Shown here piece by piece: positions 11,601 through 21,900 of a DNA stretch of 64,000 nt (positions are counted from its first letter, which is position 1; every line of letters starts with the position of its first letter). This DNA comes from Cyanobacteria bacterium J06626_4 (GTDB lineage: Bacteria > Cyanobacteriota > Cyanobacteriia > Phormidesmidales > Phormidesmidaceae), in NCBI GenBank assembly GCA_038523235.1, contig JBCBJQ010000002.1, positions 32,001 through 96,000 on the forward strand, in the 5' to 3' direction. Both the position numbers and the translations under genes were made by a program. The notes beneath the pieces are model-generated. The model made no database searches. It was not told where the DNA came from and was given only the letters and a program-made list of their open reading frames with translations.

Positions 11601-12758
11601 CTCAATCGTGGCGGTCTGATCAGTAATCGTGAAATCGAACCCGGTGCCAGCAGCATTGACACCGGCGATCGCCCCGCCGGTGACGGCAATCTGCGACAGA
11701 TCAAATTCGCTCAAGTTGGGAGCGTCTACGGTGACGGTGATCCCATCAGCCGGTGGGGCTGTGCTGACCGCAAAGGTATGCACAGAAACGGTGCCTTCAG
11801 CTTCGACCAGCACCTCCGGGGAGATGCTGAGGCTGACCAGTGGCACGGCATCGGCATCGTCGGCAATGGTGTAGCTGACGGCGGCGGCTGCAGCGTCAAT
11901 GGTATAGCCGGGGCCTTCCACAATTGAGAAGGTAAAGCTTTCGATCCCTTCGACGGCGTCTGCCGGATCAATTTGAGGATTGGTGGTTTCATCAAGCACC
12001 GTCAGCTTAATGCTGGCCCCCGCTTCTAAAACAGTGAAATAGAAGCCACTGGCGGCAAAGTTGGGCGGGGGCAAAATTCCCCCGTTGACCTCAGCCCCAA
12101 AAATGTTGAACTCACCGACGGCCGCGCGGACGCCGCTATCGACATAGACCAAAACGCCGCCCTCGGGAATGTCACCCTCGACGTCAAAAGTCAGGGTCAG
12201 TTCGGTCCCATCGGTTTCTACCAGGGCCGTTTGATCAACACTCAACCCGACCTGCGGCCCGGTGCCTAAATCAGGCACAGCGGCTAGGGTGTCGTACAAG
12301 GTGACGGTGGAGGCAGTAGCAGCTGGGTCAAGGCTGTAGCCATCGCCCTCGGCCAGAGAAAATTCTAGGGTTTCTGGCCCGTCGGTTTCCGCCTCATCGG
12401 TTTCCGCCACGTTCAGCGAAAAGAGCGCATTGGGGCTGGTTAGCAAAACCTTGATGCCGGTAGGCGTGACGCCATCTTCGGCATACAGGGCCCCCAGCAC
12501 TTCGCCGCCGCCACCAAAGGGCGATCGCCCTAGCCGCGTAAAGTAGTCGGCAAAGTTGCTAGCCACATTGAGCACAACTTCGACGCCGTCAGCGGGCATC
12601 TCGCCAGCCACGGTGAACGCTAAGTTGAGGACGCTGGCCCCGGGCTGATCGCCCAGAAATTCCACCAGTTCAGGCGCGAGAATGCGATCGCGATTTTCAT
12701 CCCGTCGACCGTCAAACGTACCGGCAACGGTCTGAAATGATACGACTGGAGTCGTCAT
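8631..12758 (-). CDS. Large acidic modular secreted protein, paralog 3 (1375 aa; Calx-beta-like, PPC-like x2, RTX nonapeptide block, shared C-terminus)
   Basis: Multiple GGxGxDxL repeats (GFRGND, GGAGRD, GGEGSD, GGPGND); EDVDMY motifs; C-terminus nearly identical to paralogs 2 and 4. Confidence 0.9.
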   Translation of the reverse strand: MTTPVVSFQTVAGTFDGRRDENRDRILAPELVEFLGDQPGASVLNLAFTVAGEMPADGVEVVLNVASNFADYFTRLGRSPFGGGGEVLGALYAEDGVTPTGIKVLLTSPNALFSLNVAETDEAETDGPETLEFSLAEGDGYSLDPAATASTVTLYDTLAAVPDLGTGPQVGLSVDQTALVETDGTELTLTFDVEGDIPEGGVLVYVDSGVRAAVGEFNIFGAEVNGGILPPPNFAASGFYFTVLEAGASIKLTVLDETTNPQIDPADAVEGIESFTFSIVEGPGYTIDAAAAAVSYTIADDADAVPLVSLSISPEVLVEAEGTVSVHTFAVSTAPPADGITVTVDAPNLSEFDLSQIAVTGGAIAGVNAAGTGFDFTITDQTATIELPIAADGVDEGIETASFTLQPGTGYLVSPNDDGGEFTLSDTPIAAPPSDAESNDTIATAVDTGLTADNSSVSIAGELAQQRNPAVDRTEDVDMYSVDLAAGDVLRIDTDARAIFDSSESPDTILRVFDAEGNQLAQSDDNFAPDELFGPGRQDSYVEFTPEADGTYYVGVSSFGNGEFGFDNNPYDPNVAGSGTGRSFGDYILNLKLNEGFIAGATEIPASTGDGPTVSLSATPATYDSSDNLISNALVQYTPERRTASILTLGLDVEGAIPEDGIEVFLTSDIDLSTVFSTGAPFSSEGVEVLGAVFNDAGEPVGLKVNLTASSGFINLNLADPEEAPTDGEETISFTLEAAAGYVVGDDTFSTPIYDTLDDVPALPTVPTVGISISETALVESEGNTTTLTFTLDSPPPAEGVTVNLDSGVRAALGEFNVFDAEIVGGNFPSPNFRASGFFFTITEQTATITLSAFDETTNPAIAPEDALEGIDELTFTLNPGVGYAIAPDADAVTVTIADNPDSVVIPDGGDNTGGDGADPGIPFETEFNDTLADATDTGLGTDQLSFVMQAEIDATRQTRNLIDATEDVDMYAFDLVAGDTIAIDIDSIPYLIDGVDREQRVDTELRLFNDAGEALLLNTEAPAPGELFESGRDAYLEFTATETGTYYAGVALLSNRAYDPLAAGSGSGRVFPSFGINTGEYTIEATLTVGDPGTDDLIEGTDENDILEGFRGNDIISGGAGRDIVFGGEGSDRVRGDAGDDIVSGASGNDLVVGGPGNDILMGVTGNDVLVGDMFFPGDGHDIFVFGNGDGTDTVIDFTPGVDQIGLVDGELTFEDVTLTQDGTSTLLGVADSGEILAVLNGVEATDLDASSFVIVPDVSNIEEAQALLNPEIIGTDGDDDLIGNFGDNILDGGLGDDTYTGGAGADQFVFAIAQGVDTITDFELGIDQISLGGLTPDGVRTFEVGDDTLVLTTSNELVGVVQGVTGLDNTVFA

Positions 12759-12837
12759 GATTTTGATACCTTATAGACTACGGTGAAACGTTTCCTGGCT
12801 GCTTTGCTGCAAACTGGGCACCAGGAATTCATCGGGC

Positions 12838-12942
12838 AGCCAATGCTCTGTCAGGAGCATTGGCTTTTTAGTGGGTTCGGGAAATGGCTACGCGTAGAAC
12901 CCGCTTCCCTACCGCAGCGGGGCCATAGATTGGCCCCGCTGC
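12838..12942. terminator. Two strong intergenic hairpins between paralogs 4 and 3
   Basis: AGCCAATGCTC-N6-GAGCATTGGCT (12838-12865) and GCAGCGGGGCCA-N5-TGGCCCCGCTGC (12914-12942). Confidence 0.6.
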
Positions 12943-12964
12943 AGGCTCTAATAAACCGCTTGCG

Positions 12965-15900
12965 CTAAGCAAAAACGGTGTTATCAAGATTGGTGACACC
13001 CTGGACTACTCCCAGCAGCTCGTTGCTGTTAGTCAGCACTAGGGTGTCTTCGCCAAGCTCAAAGAACTTCACCCCTGCGGACGTCAGGCCGCCGAGACTA
13101 ATCTGGTCAACGCCCAGCTCAAAATCGGTAATGGTGTCAACGCCCTGAGCCAGGTCAAAGACAAACTGATCGGCCCCGGCCCCGCCGGTGTAGGTGTCAT
13201 CGCCTCGCAGACCATCTAAGAAGTCATTGCCGTCGGTGCCTACCAGTTCATCGTCACCATCGGTGCTCGTGCCGGGGTTAGGCGGTCCGCCCACCGTCAG
13301 CGAGACCAACGCATCCACGCGGGCATCGCCAACGTCAGCCCCAGCCAACTCAGCGAGCCCCAGCGCTCCTGCCAATTCCGGAGACAGCAGCAGGTCAGCG
13401 CCGCTGATTTCCAGTTCTTCGCCGGAGACTGCCGCCGTACTCGGCGCGCTCAGGTCAAACAGCACCTCTAGACCGAGCGGGTCTTCTAGCGTGTCAGCGA
13501 CGAAGAAGCCGCTGGTTGTATCAGAGGCCCGAGTGGGATCAAAGCCGATGGAGAATTCACCGATGGTGGCTTCGGCACCGCCCAGGCCCAGGGTGATCGT
13601 GCCGGAATGCTCGATGGTGCCGCTGAGCGGCGCAAAGGGCGCCGGGGCAAAGGTAAAGTCCGTGTCGTCGGTGATGGCAAAGCCCACCTGGAAGTCATCG
13701 GAAAAGGGAGTCGAATCGCTGTCGGCCCCCACCAAGGTCAAACCAGCGGCGGACTCTAGCAGCGGCAAATCCAGGAAGACACTGGTGACACCTGACTCCA
13801 CGCCAAAGACGGCGTCTTCACCCCCATCATTGATCGTCAGTTCAACCTGGCCTGCCGAACCACTCTGAGAGACAGCCGCTACAACAGGCTGGCCGAATTC
13901 ATCTAACCTGTCTTGGATCTGGTCAAGATAAGTCTCACCCACCTTGCCGTTATCAATTAGATCAGCAACGGTTAGGGTCGGGAAAGAAACATCCTCGTGG
14001 GTACTGTAGCCAATGGGGAATTCCAATTCGTCATCCCAGTCATCCACATGTAGGTGCGGCAGCTTGTCATCGCTCGGTCGCGTCCAGAAGGCAAGTCCCG
14101 ACTGCACACCGATTTCACCTCTGAGATCCGGATTCCCCACGCCGAGCATGAAGCCATTTCTCTCCAGATTGACATCGTCATCTACATCCCAGGTGCCATC
14201 TTGTAAGATCTCTCCGGTCTCAGTGTCGAAGGCAAAGTTCACGGTTGGATACAGACTCTGGTCTTGATTGTCGGTGTAGGTGCGCAGTAAATTGCCATCC
14301 GGATCAAAGAAGGACACGTCGAGCGATAACAAATCGTCTTCCCGAACAATGCCAGCTTCATAGGATTGGCTAGCGTCGTAGCTAAACTGACCTTCAACGC
14401 TGAATTCAGCGATTTGCCCAGTCCAGGCAAAATCGTAGGTAACAATGGAGGTGACTTCGTATTCCTCTCCATCAATTAGCTCAAAGGTTAATGATTCGGG
14501 ACCTTCCGTAGGACCATCATCAAAGACCGATAGAGTAATGGATGCCTGATTTTCGGTGAGGGTGGCAAAGAATCCGCCCGCATCGTTGTCGGGTTCAGGC
14601 AAGCCAGCTAGGCCCACAATATCGATGACTGGATCAATGCCATCATCGCCAAAAATATTGAACTCACTGAGACCAGCGGCAGGGCCATCCACAAAAACGG
14701 TGAGTCCCTCGTCGGGGATATCGCCTTCGACCTCAAAGCTCACGGTGAATTCATCCCCTTCAGCCAAATCAGTCTGGTCAACCGATAGGCTTACCGTCGG
14801 CCCGACCCCGCCAGGTACCCCGTCGGTAAACGTCACTGTTTGCAGGGCACTGTCTGGGTCAACTAAATAACCGTCGCCCTCCAACAAGGTGAAGGTATAG
14901 TCGGTATCGGGTTCTTCCAGAATGTCATCAAAGATCGGCAACCCGAAGCTCACCTCTGAGGCAAACAGTCGCACCAAGAGCTCGCCATTGGGGCCAAAGC
15001 CATCGGCGGTGATGCCCCCCTCTGGCACAATCTCAAAGAGACGATTATTGTCTGCAATCCGATTGGCGGGGTCTAACAAGAACCCTGCATCGCCGCCAAT
15101 CGCGACGACCAGTCCATCTGCGGGAATTTCGCCCGCCACCGCAAAGACCGCCGTCAGAATGGGGGCATCATCCGCTTCACTAACGACCTCAGGCAACGAT
15201 ACGCTCACCGTGGGCAACGTTGGCGTGGTCGCCAGGGTCGCCTCTAGGCGGTAGGGGCCGGGCTCAAAGCGATCGTTAAAAGTCCAGCCGCTGCCGCTGC
15301 CCGCAACGTTGGGGTCGTAGAAGTTGTTGCCCAGGTTGCTAATACCCGCATAGTAGGTGCCGGTTTCGGGGGCGGTGAATGCGATGTAGGCATCACCGTT
15401 GGCCTGGAAGACCTCATCCGGAGCCCCGGCGTTTTCTACGATGGCGAGTTCGTTACCCTCGGCGTCGAAGATCCGCAGAATGTTATCTAGCAGGGACCCT
15501 TCAACTCCAGCATCGCCAGTGCCGCCACCATCGACATCCAGAATCAGGGTTTGTCCCGCTTCTAAGTCAAAGGCATACATATCGACATCTTCAGAACGGT
15601 CGATCAGGTTGCGGGTGGCCCGAGTCGTGCCAATTTCACCCTCAATCACAATGGATGAACCATCGAGCGGCAGCTCAATGGCATTCGCATCGGCAATGGT
15701 GTCATTCAACTCCATTTCCATCGGCGTCATTTCATCGCCATCGCCGCCGTCATCGCCATCATCGCTGGGCAGGGGTACTGAATCAGGATTGTCGGCAATG
15801 GTGACAGTGACGGCGCTCGCGTCGGGGGCGATCGCATACCCGACCCCAGGCTGCACCGTAAAGGTGAATTCCTCAATGCCTTCTAGAGCATCCTCGGCGG

Positions 15901-18900
15901 GAATCTGATCATTGGTGGTTTCATCAAACGCCGCCAGCGTAATGGTGGCGGTTTGCTCCGTAATCCGGAAGAAGAAACCACTGGCACGGAAGTTGGGGGA
16001 CGGGAAGTCACCGCCCGTAATCTCAGCGTTAAAGACATCAAATTCACCCAACGCCGCTCGCACGCCGCTATCCACATTGATTAACACGCCCTCGGCGGGG
16101 GGCGGGCCATCTAACGTGAAGGTCAGCGTCGTGAGATTGCCCTCCGATTCCACCAGGGCCATCTCACTGATAGCCACCCCCACGGTGGGCACATTAGGCA
16201 TGACGGGGACATCCGCTAGGGTGTCGTAAATCTCTGTTGAGAAAGTGCTGTCATCGCTCACCTGATAGCCAGCACTGGGTTCTAGGGTAAAGGTCACCGT
16301 TTCCACCCCATCGGTCGGAGCCGCATCGGGACTATCCAGATTGAGATTCAGGACCGCCGTATTGCTGGTGAGGTTAATCCGCAAGCCCACCGGGGTACCC
16401 GCGTCATCAAAGACCGCCCCCAACACTTCCGCACCGCCGGGGCTAAAGGGCGCGCCCGTGTTGAACGCGGTGGACAGATCGAGGCTGCTGGTGAGGAACA
16501 CTTCAATACCGTCTTCTGGGATATCCCCTTCAGTGGTCAACCCCACGGTCAGAATTGAAGCGCCATCTTCCACAAACTGCACGAGCGCACTCGCTGTCAG
16601 ATTGTCGTCACTATCGTAGGTCGCGGGTGAGGCCGACAGCGAAACGGTGGGGCCAGCCCCCGTACCCGCCGGAATCTCCGTGGCGACCGGCACAAACTCC
16701 TCATTCAACTTCAGATTCAGAGTGTAATCGCCAAAGCTGCGACCGGTGCCGCTGCCCGCCACATTGGGGTCGTAGGGCGCATTGGTAGGATTGCCATCAT
16801 CATCTAAGAAGAAGTCAAAGAAGCCGTTGCCAAAGCTGCTGACGCCGACATAGTAGTTGCCCGTTTCGGTGGCTGTGAATTCCACATAGGAATCTCGACG
16901 GCCCGGGGCGAATAACTCATCGGGGGCGAAATCATCGTCACTGCCCGCGACCTCGTTGCCGTCCGCATCAAAAATCCGCAGCACGGTGTCGAGCCCGGAG
17001 TCAAACACCGCCGAGTCGGCATCAATTCGGATGGTATCGCCAGCGGCCATCGCGAAGGAGTACATATCGACGTCTTCGGTCTGGTCGACTTCGCGATTGC
17101 TGAAGCTAAAGGAAATCGCCCCATCAATGGAGACCGAGCTGTTGTCAGGGCCGAGACCAGTGGCGATCGCCGTCGCGATCGTGTCGTTCGATTCGGCATC
17201 GGTAGCAGGGGTCTGCTCAACGGTATCCACGATTTGGAAACTGGCCGACCCCGCCTCGGGATCAATCTGATAGCCGTCACCAGCAGCCACGCTAAAGGCA
17301 ATTTCTTCCAACCCTTCGGCGACGCCATCATCGACTACGGGCAAAGTAACCGTGGCCGATTGCCCCCAGATTACGAGATCAAATCCCCCTGGGCGAATGG
17401 CTGAAATGCCGCCGTTTTCCACCTGGAGATCCAAGATATCCAGCTCAGTTAGACCGGGGGCCTCAACCGTCACGGTTAATTGGCCATCGGCTGGCGGCGC
17501 ACTCAAATTAAAGGTGTGAACCGCCGCCGTGCCTTCGGTCTCAACCAGCACGTCTGATGAGGCCTCAACACTCACCTGCACGATCGAACTAGCATCATCC
17601 TGAAGCAGCACAGAGATTTCCCCTGCCCCCTCCGCAATGGTGTAGCCGGGTAGCGTTTGCAAGGCCAGCGGCACCTGCTCTAGCCCTTCAATGGCTTCAT
17701 CCGCACGCACAGCCAGCGTCAGGCTCGCCGTCGGCTCAGTGATTTTGAAGTAAAATCCACCGGCATTCCCATCGGGAGCCGGGAAGGAACCGCCCGTCAC
17801 CTGAGCATTCAACAGGTCAAAGTCCACCAGTCCAGCGAAGGCATTGTTGCTGACGTAGACCAACACTCCCTCAGCCGGAATATCCCCCGCCAAGGCAAAG
17901 TTCACCGTGACGGCATCGCTGCCTTCTGTGAAAGGACCAGAGTCGGCCAGGGACATGCTGACTTCCGGGATGCTGGTGACGGCGGGCACCTGATCAAGGG
18001 TGTCGTAGACCGTAATGGCCGCCATATCAGCAGCAGCGGTATAGCCTTCGCCCGCTTCCACAAAGAAGTTGACAGTCTGCGGGTCAGTGGCTGCTAGACC
18101 CACACCGGGAAAGTTGACCACCGCATTTTGGGACTCTAGACGCAGCTGCAGACCGGTCGCCGTGCCGCTATCGTCGTAGATCGCGCCGATCACCTCGCCG
18201 CCAAAGCTGAGGGGCACAAAGTTTGCCCCCGAAATAAACTCAGTGATATCAGCCAGGTCGGTGTTGATATTCACCACCAAACCGTCTTCGGGGATCGGGC
18301 CATCGGCACTGACTACAATGCTGAGAATCGGCGTCCCGCTGCCCGATTCCACCAGATTGGGCGTCACCAGCGCGTCTTCGTCGCTAAAGGTGCCGCCAAT
18401 CACATCGACTGAAACAACTGGACCATTGCCCCCGTCGCCATTGCTGTCGGCAGCATCGACAATATTGAGCGTGACGCTGCTGGCATCCGGCGCGACTTCG
18501 TAGGCTTCGCCGTCAATCAGTTCAAAGGTAAACTGCTCCATCGCTTCATCTTCGTCAGCCCCTTCGTCAAAGGCCGCGAGGGTAATGGTGGCCGTGGGTT
18601 CCATCACCGTGACAAAGAAGCCGCTGTCGCCATCGGCGGGGATGGGGAAATCGGCAATCCCCGTAGTGGTGACGTTGCCGATATCAAACTCAGTCAAGCT
18701 GCGAGACTGGTTTCCGACACTGGCTAAGTCGTTGATCAAAATCGGAATACCGCCGCCTGGGATCACGCCATCAACTGAGATTGTCAGCGTCACCGCGTCA
18801 CCGCCTTCCACGAGGGTGGTTTGGTCAACGCTGATGCCGACCGTGGGCTTAATTTCGGTTGTCTGGATTTCGTCAGAAATCGTCAGCGTCGTGCTCGCTG

Positions 18901-21900
18901 CTGCTGGATCGACCTCGTAAACTTCGCCATTGGCGAGGCTAAAGGTAATGTCCAACGGATCTTCTTCAATGATGTCGTCGAAGACGTTGAGGGAAATTGT
19001 GGCGGTGGGTTCGGTAATGGTGACAAAGAAGCTGCCGCCGCCACCATCGCCCACCGTGGGTAAACCGGCGATCCCCGTGGTGGAGATATTGCCCAGATCA
19101 GCCAAGTCAAACTGTCCTAAGGACCCTGGCACATCACTTTGCACTAGCACCTGTACCCCGTCGGCGGGGATGTCACCCTCGACTGTAAAGGTCACCGTGA
19201 GGGGATCGCCTTCCGCCAGGTTAGATTCAGACACTGACAATCCGACAGTGGGGCCAACGCCGGGGCCGCCGTTATCGTCATTGATGGTGAGCAGCGTCGA
19301 ATTTTGGTTCGGATCGACGGTGTAGCCTTCGCCTGCGGCTAACTGGAAATCAAATGTTTGCGACCCTTCTTCTAAAATGTCGTTGATGATGGGCAGCACG
19401 AAGTTGCCGTCAGGAGCCGAGAGTAAAATTTGCAGGCGGCCCGTCGCTTCATCAAATCCAACAATCTCGGCGTCATTAAATTCCGACTCGCGATCGGCGG
19501 CAAACTGCTCGGTAAAGGCAATCACATCGTTGTCGCCCAGCGTGTCGAAATTGATGGTGATGCCTTCAGTGGGAAAGTCGCCCGTTACCGTCCACTGCCA
19601 GACCACTTGAGCATCCGGGGTTTCTTCTGAAACAGTGGCGGGAATCGCCTCAAAGCTGACGACTGGTAGATCACCGGTGGGGGGATTGCCATCGCCGACG
19701 TCGCTGATATTGAGGGTGACACTGCTTGCGTCGGCGTCCACTTCGTAGGCTTCGCCATCAATCACCTCAAAGGTAAAGGACTCATTGGCCTCATCTTCAT
19801 CAGCGCCATCGTCAAGCACCGGTAGAGTAATGCTGGCGGTGGGTTGGGTGAGAGTGACAAAGAAGCCACTGTCGCCGTCTGCGGGCGAGGGGAATTCGGC
19901 AATGCCCTCGCTCAACTCAACATTGGCGACGTCAAACTCGGTGAGGCTGCGAAGTTGACTTTGGGCACTGGCCACATCATTCACCAACACCGTGACGCCG
20001 CCTTCAGGAATTTCGCCCTCTACCGTGAAGCTGAGCGTAACCGCCTCGCCCTCAGTCACATCAGTGCTATCAACCGTAATCCCCACCGTGGGGCCAGGAA
20101 TTGAGGGCTCATCGGTGATGGTGAGCATAGCGCTACCACTCTCGGGGCTCACCTCGTACTCTTCACCGTTGGCTAGGGTAAAGGTGATGGGCAGAGGGTC
20201 TTCGGCCAAAATGTCATCAAAGACGTTGAGGGAAATTGTGGCGGTGGGCTCAACGAGGGTGACAAAGAAGCTGCCGCCGCCCCCATCGCCAACAGTGGGC
20301 AAACCTTCGATACCAGTGGTGGTGATATTGCCTAAATCAGCGAGGTCGAACTGTCCTAGAGAACCGGGGACATCGCTTTGAACCAGAACTTGTACCCCTC
20401 CCTCTGGGATTTCGCCCTCGACCGTAAAGGTGACCGTGAGGGGATCACCCTCAGCCAGATTGGTTTCAGAAACGGCAAGACCAACGGTAGGGCCAACTCC
20501 AGGGCCACCGTTATCGTCATTGATAGTGAGCAGCGTTGAATTTTGATTCGGATCGACAGTGTAGCCTTCGCCTGCGGCTAACTGGAAATCAAACGTCTGC
20601 GCGCCTTCTTCTAAAATGTCGTTGATGATGGGCAGTACAAAATTGCCATCAGGAGCCGAGAGTAAAATTTGCAGGCGACCCGTCGCTTCATCAAATCCAA
20701 CAATCTCGGCGTCATTGAATTCCGACTCGCGATCGGCGGCAAACTGCTCGGTAAAGGCAATCACATCGTTGTCACCCAGCGTGTCAAAGTTGACGGTGAT
20801 ACCTTCAGCTGGGAAGTCTCCAGTGACGGTCCACTGCCAGACCACTTGAGCGTCAGGCGTTTCTTCTGAAACAGTGGCGGGAATCGCCTCAAAGCTTACG
20901 ATGGGCAAGTCACCAGTCGGAGGCGGTGTGACAGTTGCTGCCGAGGTATTAAAGGCGAGGGTATAGTCACTCGGGCCATCTAGTTGCTGGATGGCGAAGG
21001 TATAAGTCCCCGCCGGGAGTGGGCCAGAAAACCCTTGCCCCCCAAAGCCGGGGCCGTTAGAGCCATTACCAATGTTGTCCAAAATATCGGTACCAACCGC
21101 ACTAATGCCAAACAGGGAGTAACCCAGAAATTCGCCCAGTTCGGCGCTATTATCCAGGGGCTCTGTAAAGGTCGCCCCTTCCTGAACCCCAATAAAGGAG
21201 ACATCTGACTGGGAGTACGCCTCTAACAGGATGGACTCTAACTGAAACCCGTCAGGAACCGTCACGGTCACATACTCTTGATCGCCGCCCCCCGTGGCAG
21301 CTGACAGTTGAGTGGTGCCTTCTACCAGTGCTAGGCCGACTGGATTATTCGGATCATCCGAGATATCACCGCTCACCGCTTCGTCGTAACCGTTGGTTGG
21401 CGGGGGCGGTGGGGTACCTGGCAACTGACTTGCCTCATCGGCAAAGAAGACGGTGCTGGTGGCAGCATCCGGGGCAATCGTGTAGTCGCCGACCCCCGTA
21501 ATGCTGGTCTGATCTTCTGGCGCAATTTGATCAGCCGTCACGAGTGAGAAGACGGCTTCGACCAGACCGTCGAAGGTCTCGGGCAAAAAGGTATCGGGTT
21601 CAGGATTATCAAAAATATCGAGAGTAATGGTGGCAAAAGTTGCTCCCCCGGCGATTTCCACGGCCAAGCCGGAGTTATCGAAATTGGTCTGAGTCGCAAA
21701 CAGGTTGAGATTCTCAAACTGCGGATTGGCGATCGCCGCCGGTAAATCTAGCCGGTTAATAATTTGCTCAACGTCGCTGTCAATATAGACCTTGAGACCG
21801 CTGGCAGGGGCGGGTTCATCTAGATCGAAGCGCACCGTTAGGGCGGTGCCTTGATCTTCGACCAGCGCATTGAGATCGCCGTCAAAGTCGGTGGAGGTCG

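Noticed and set aside
8644..21208. Many 60-220-aa plus-strand ORFs opposite the giant genes
   Set aside because: Antisense shadows of GC-biased repetitive coding sequence (S/P/V-rich translations); no independent motifs
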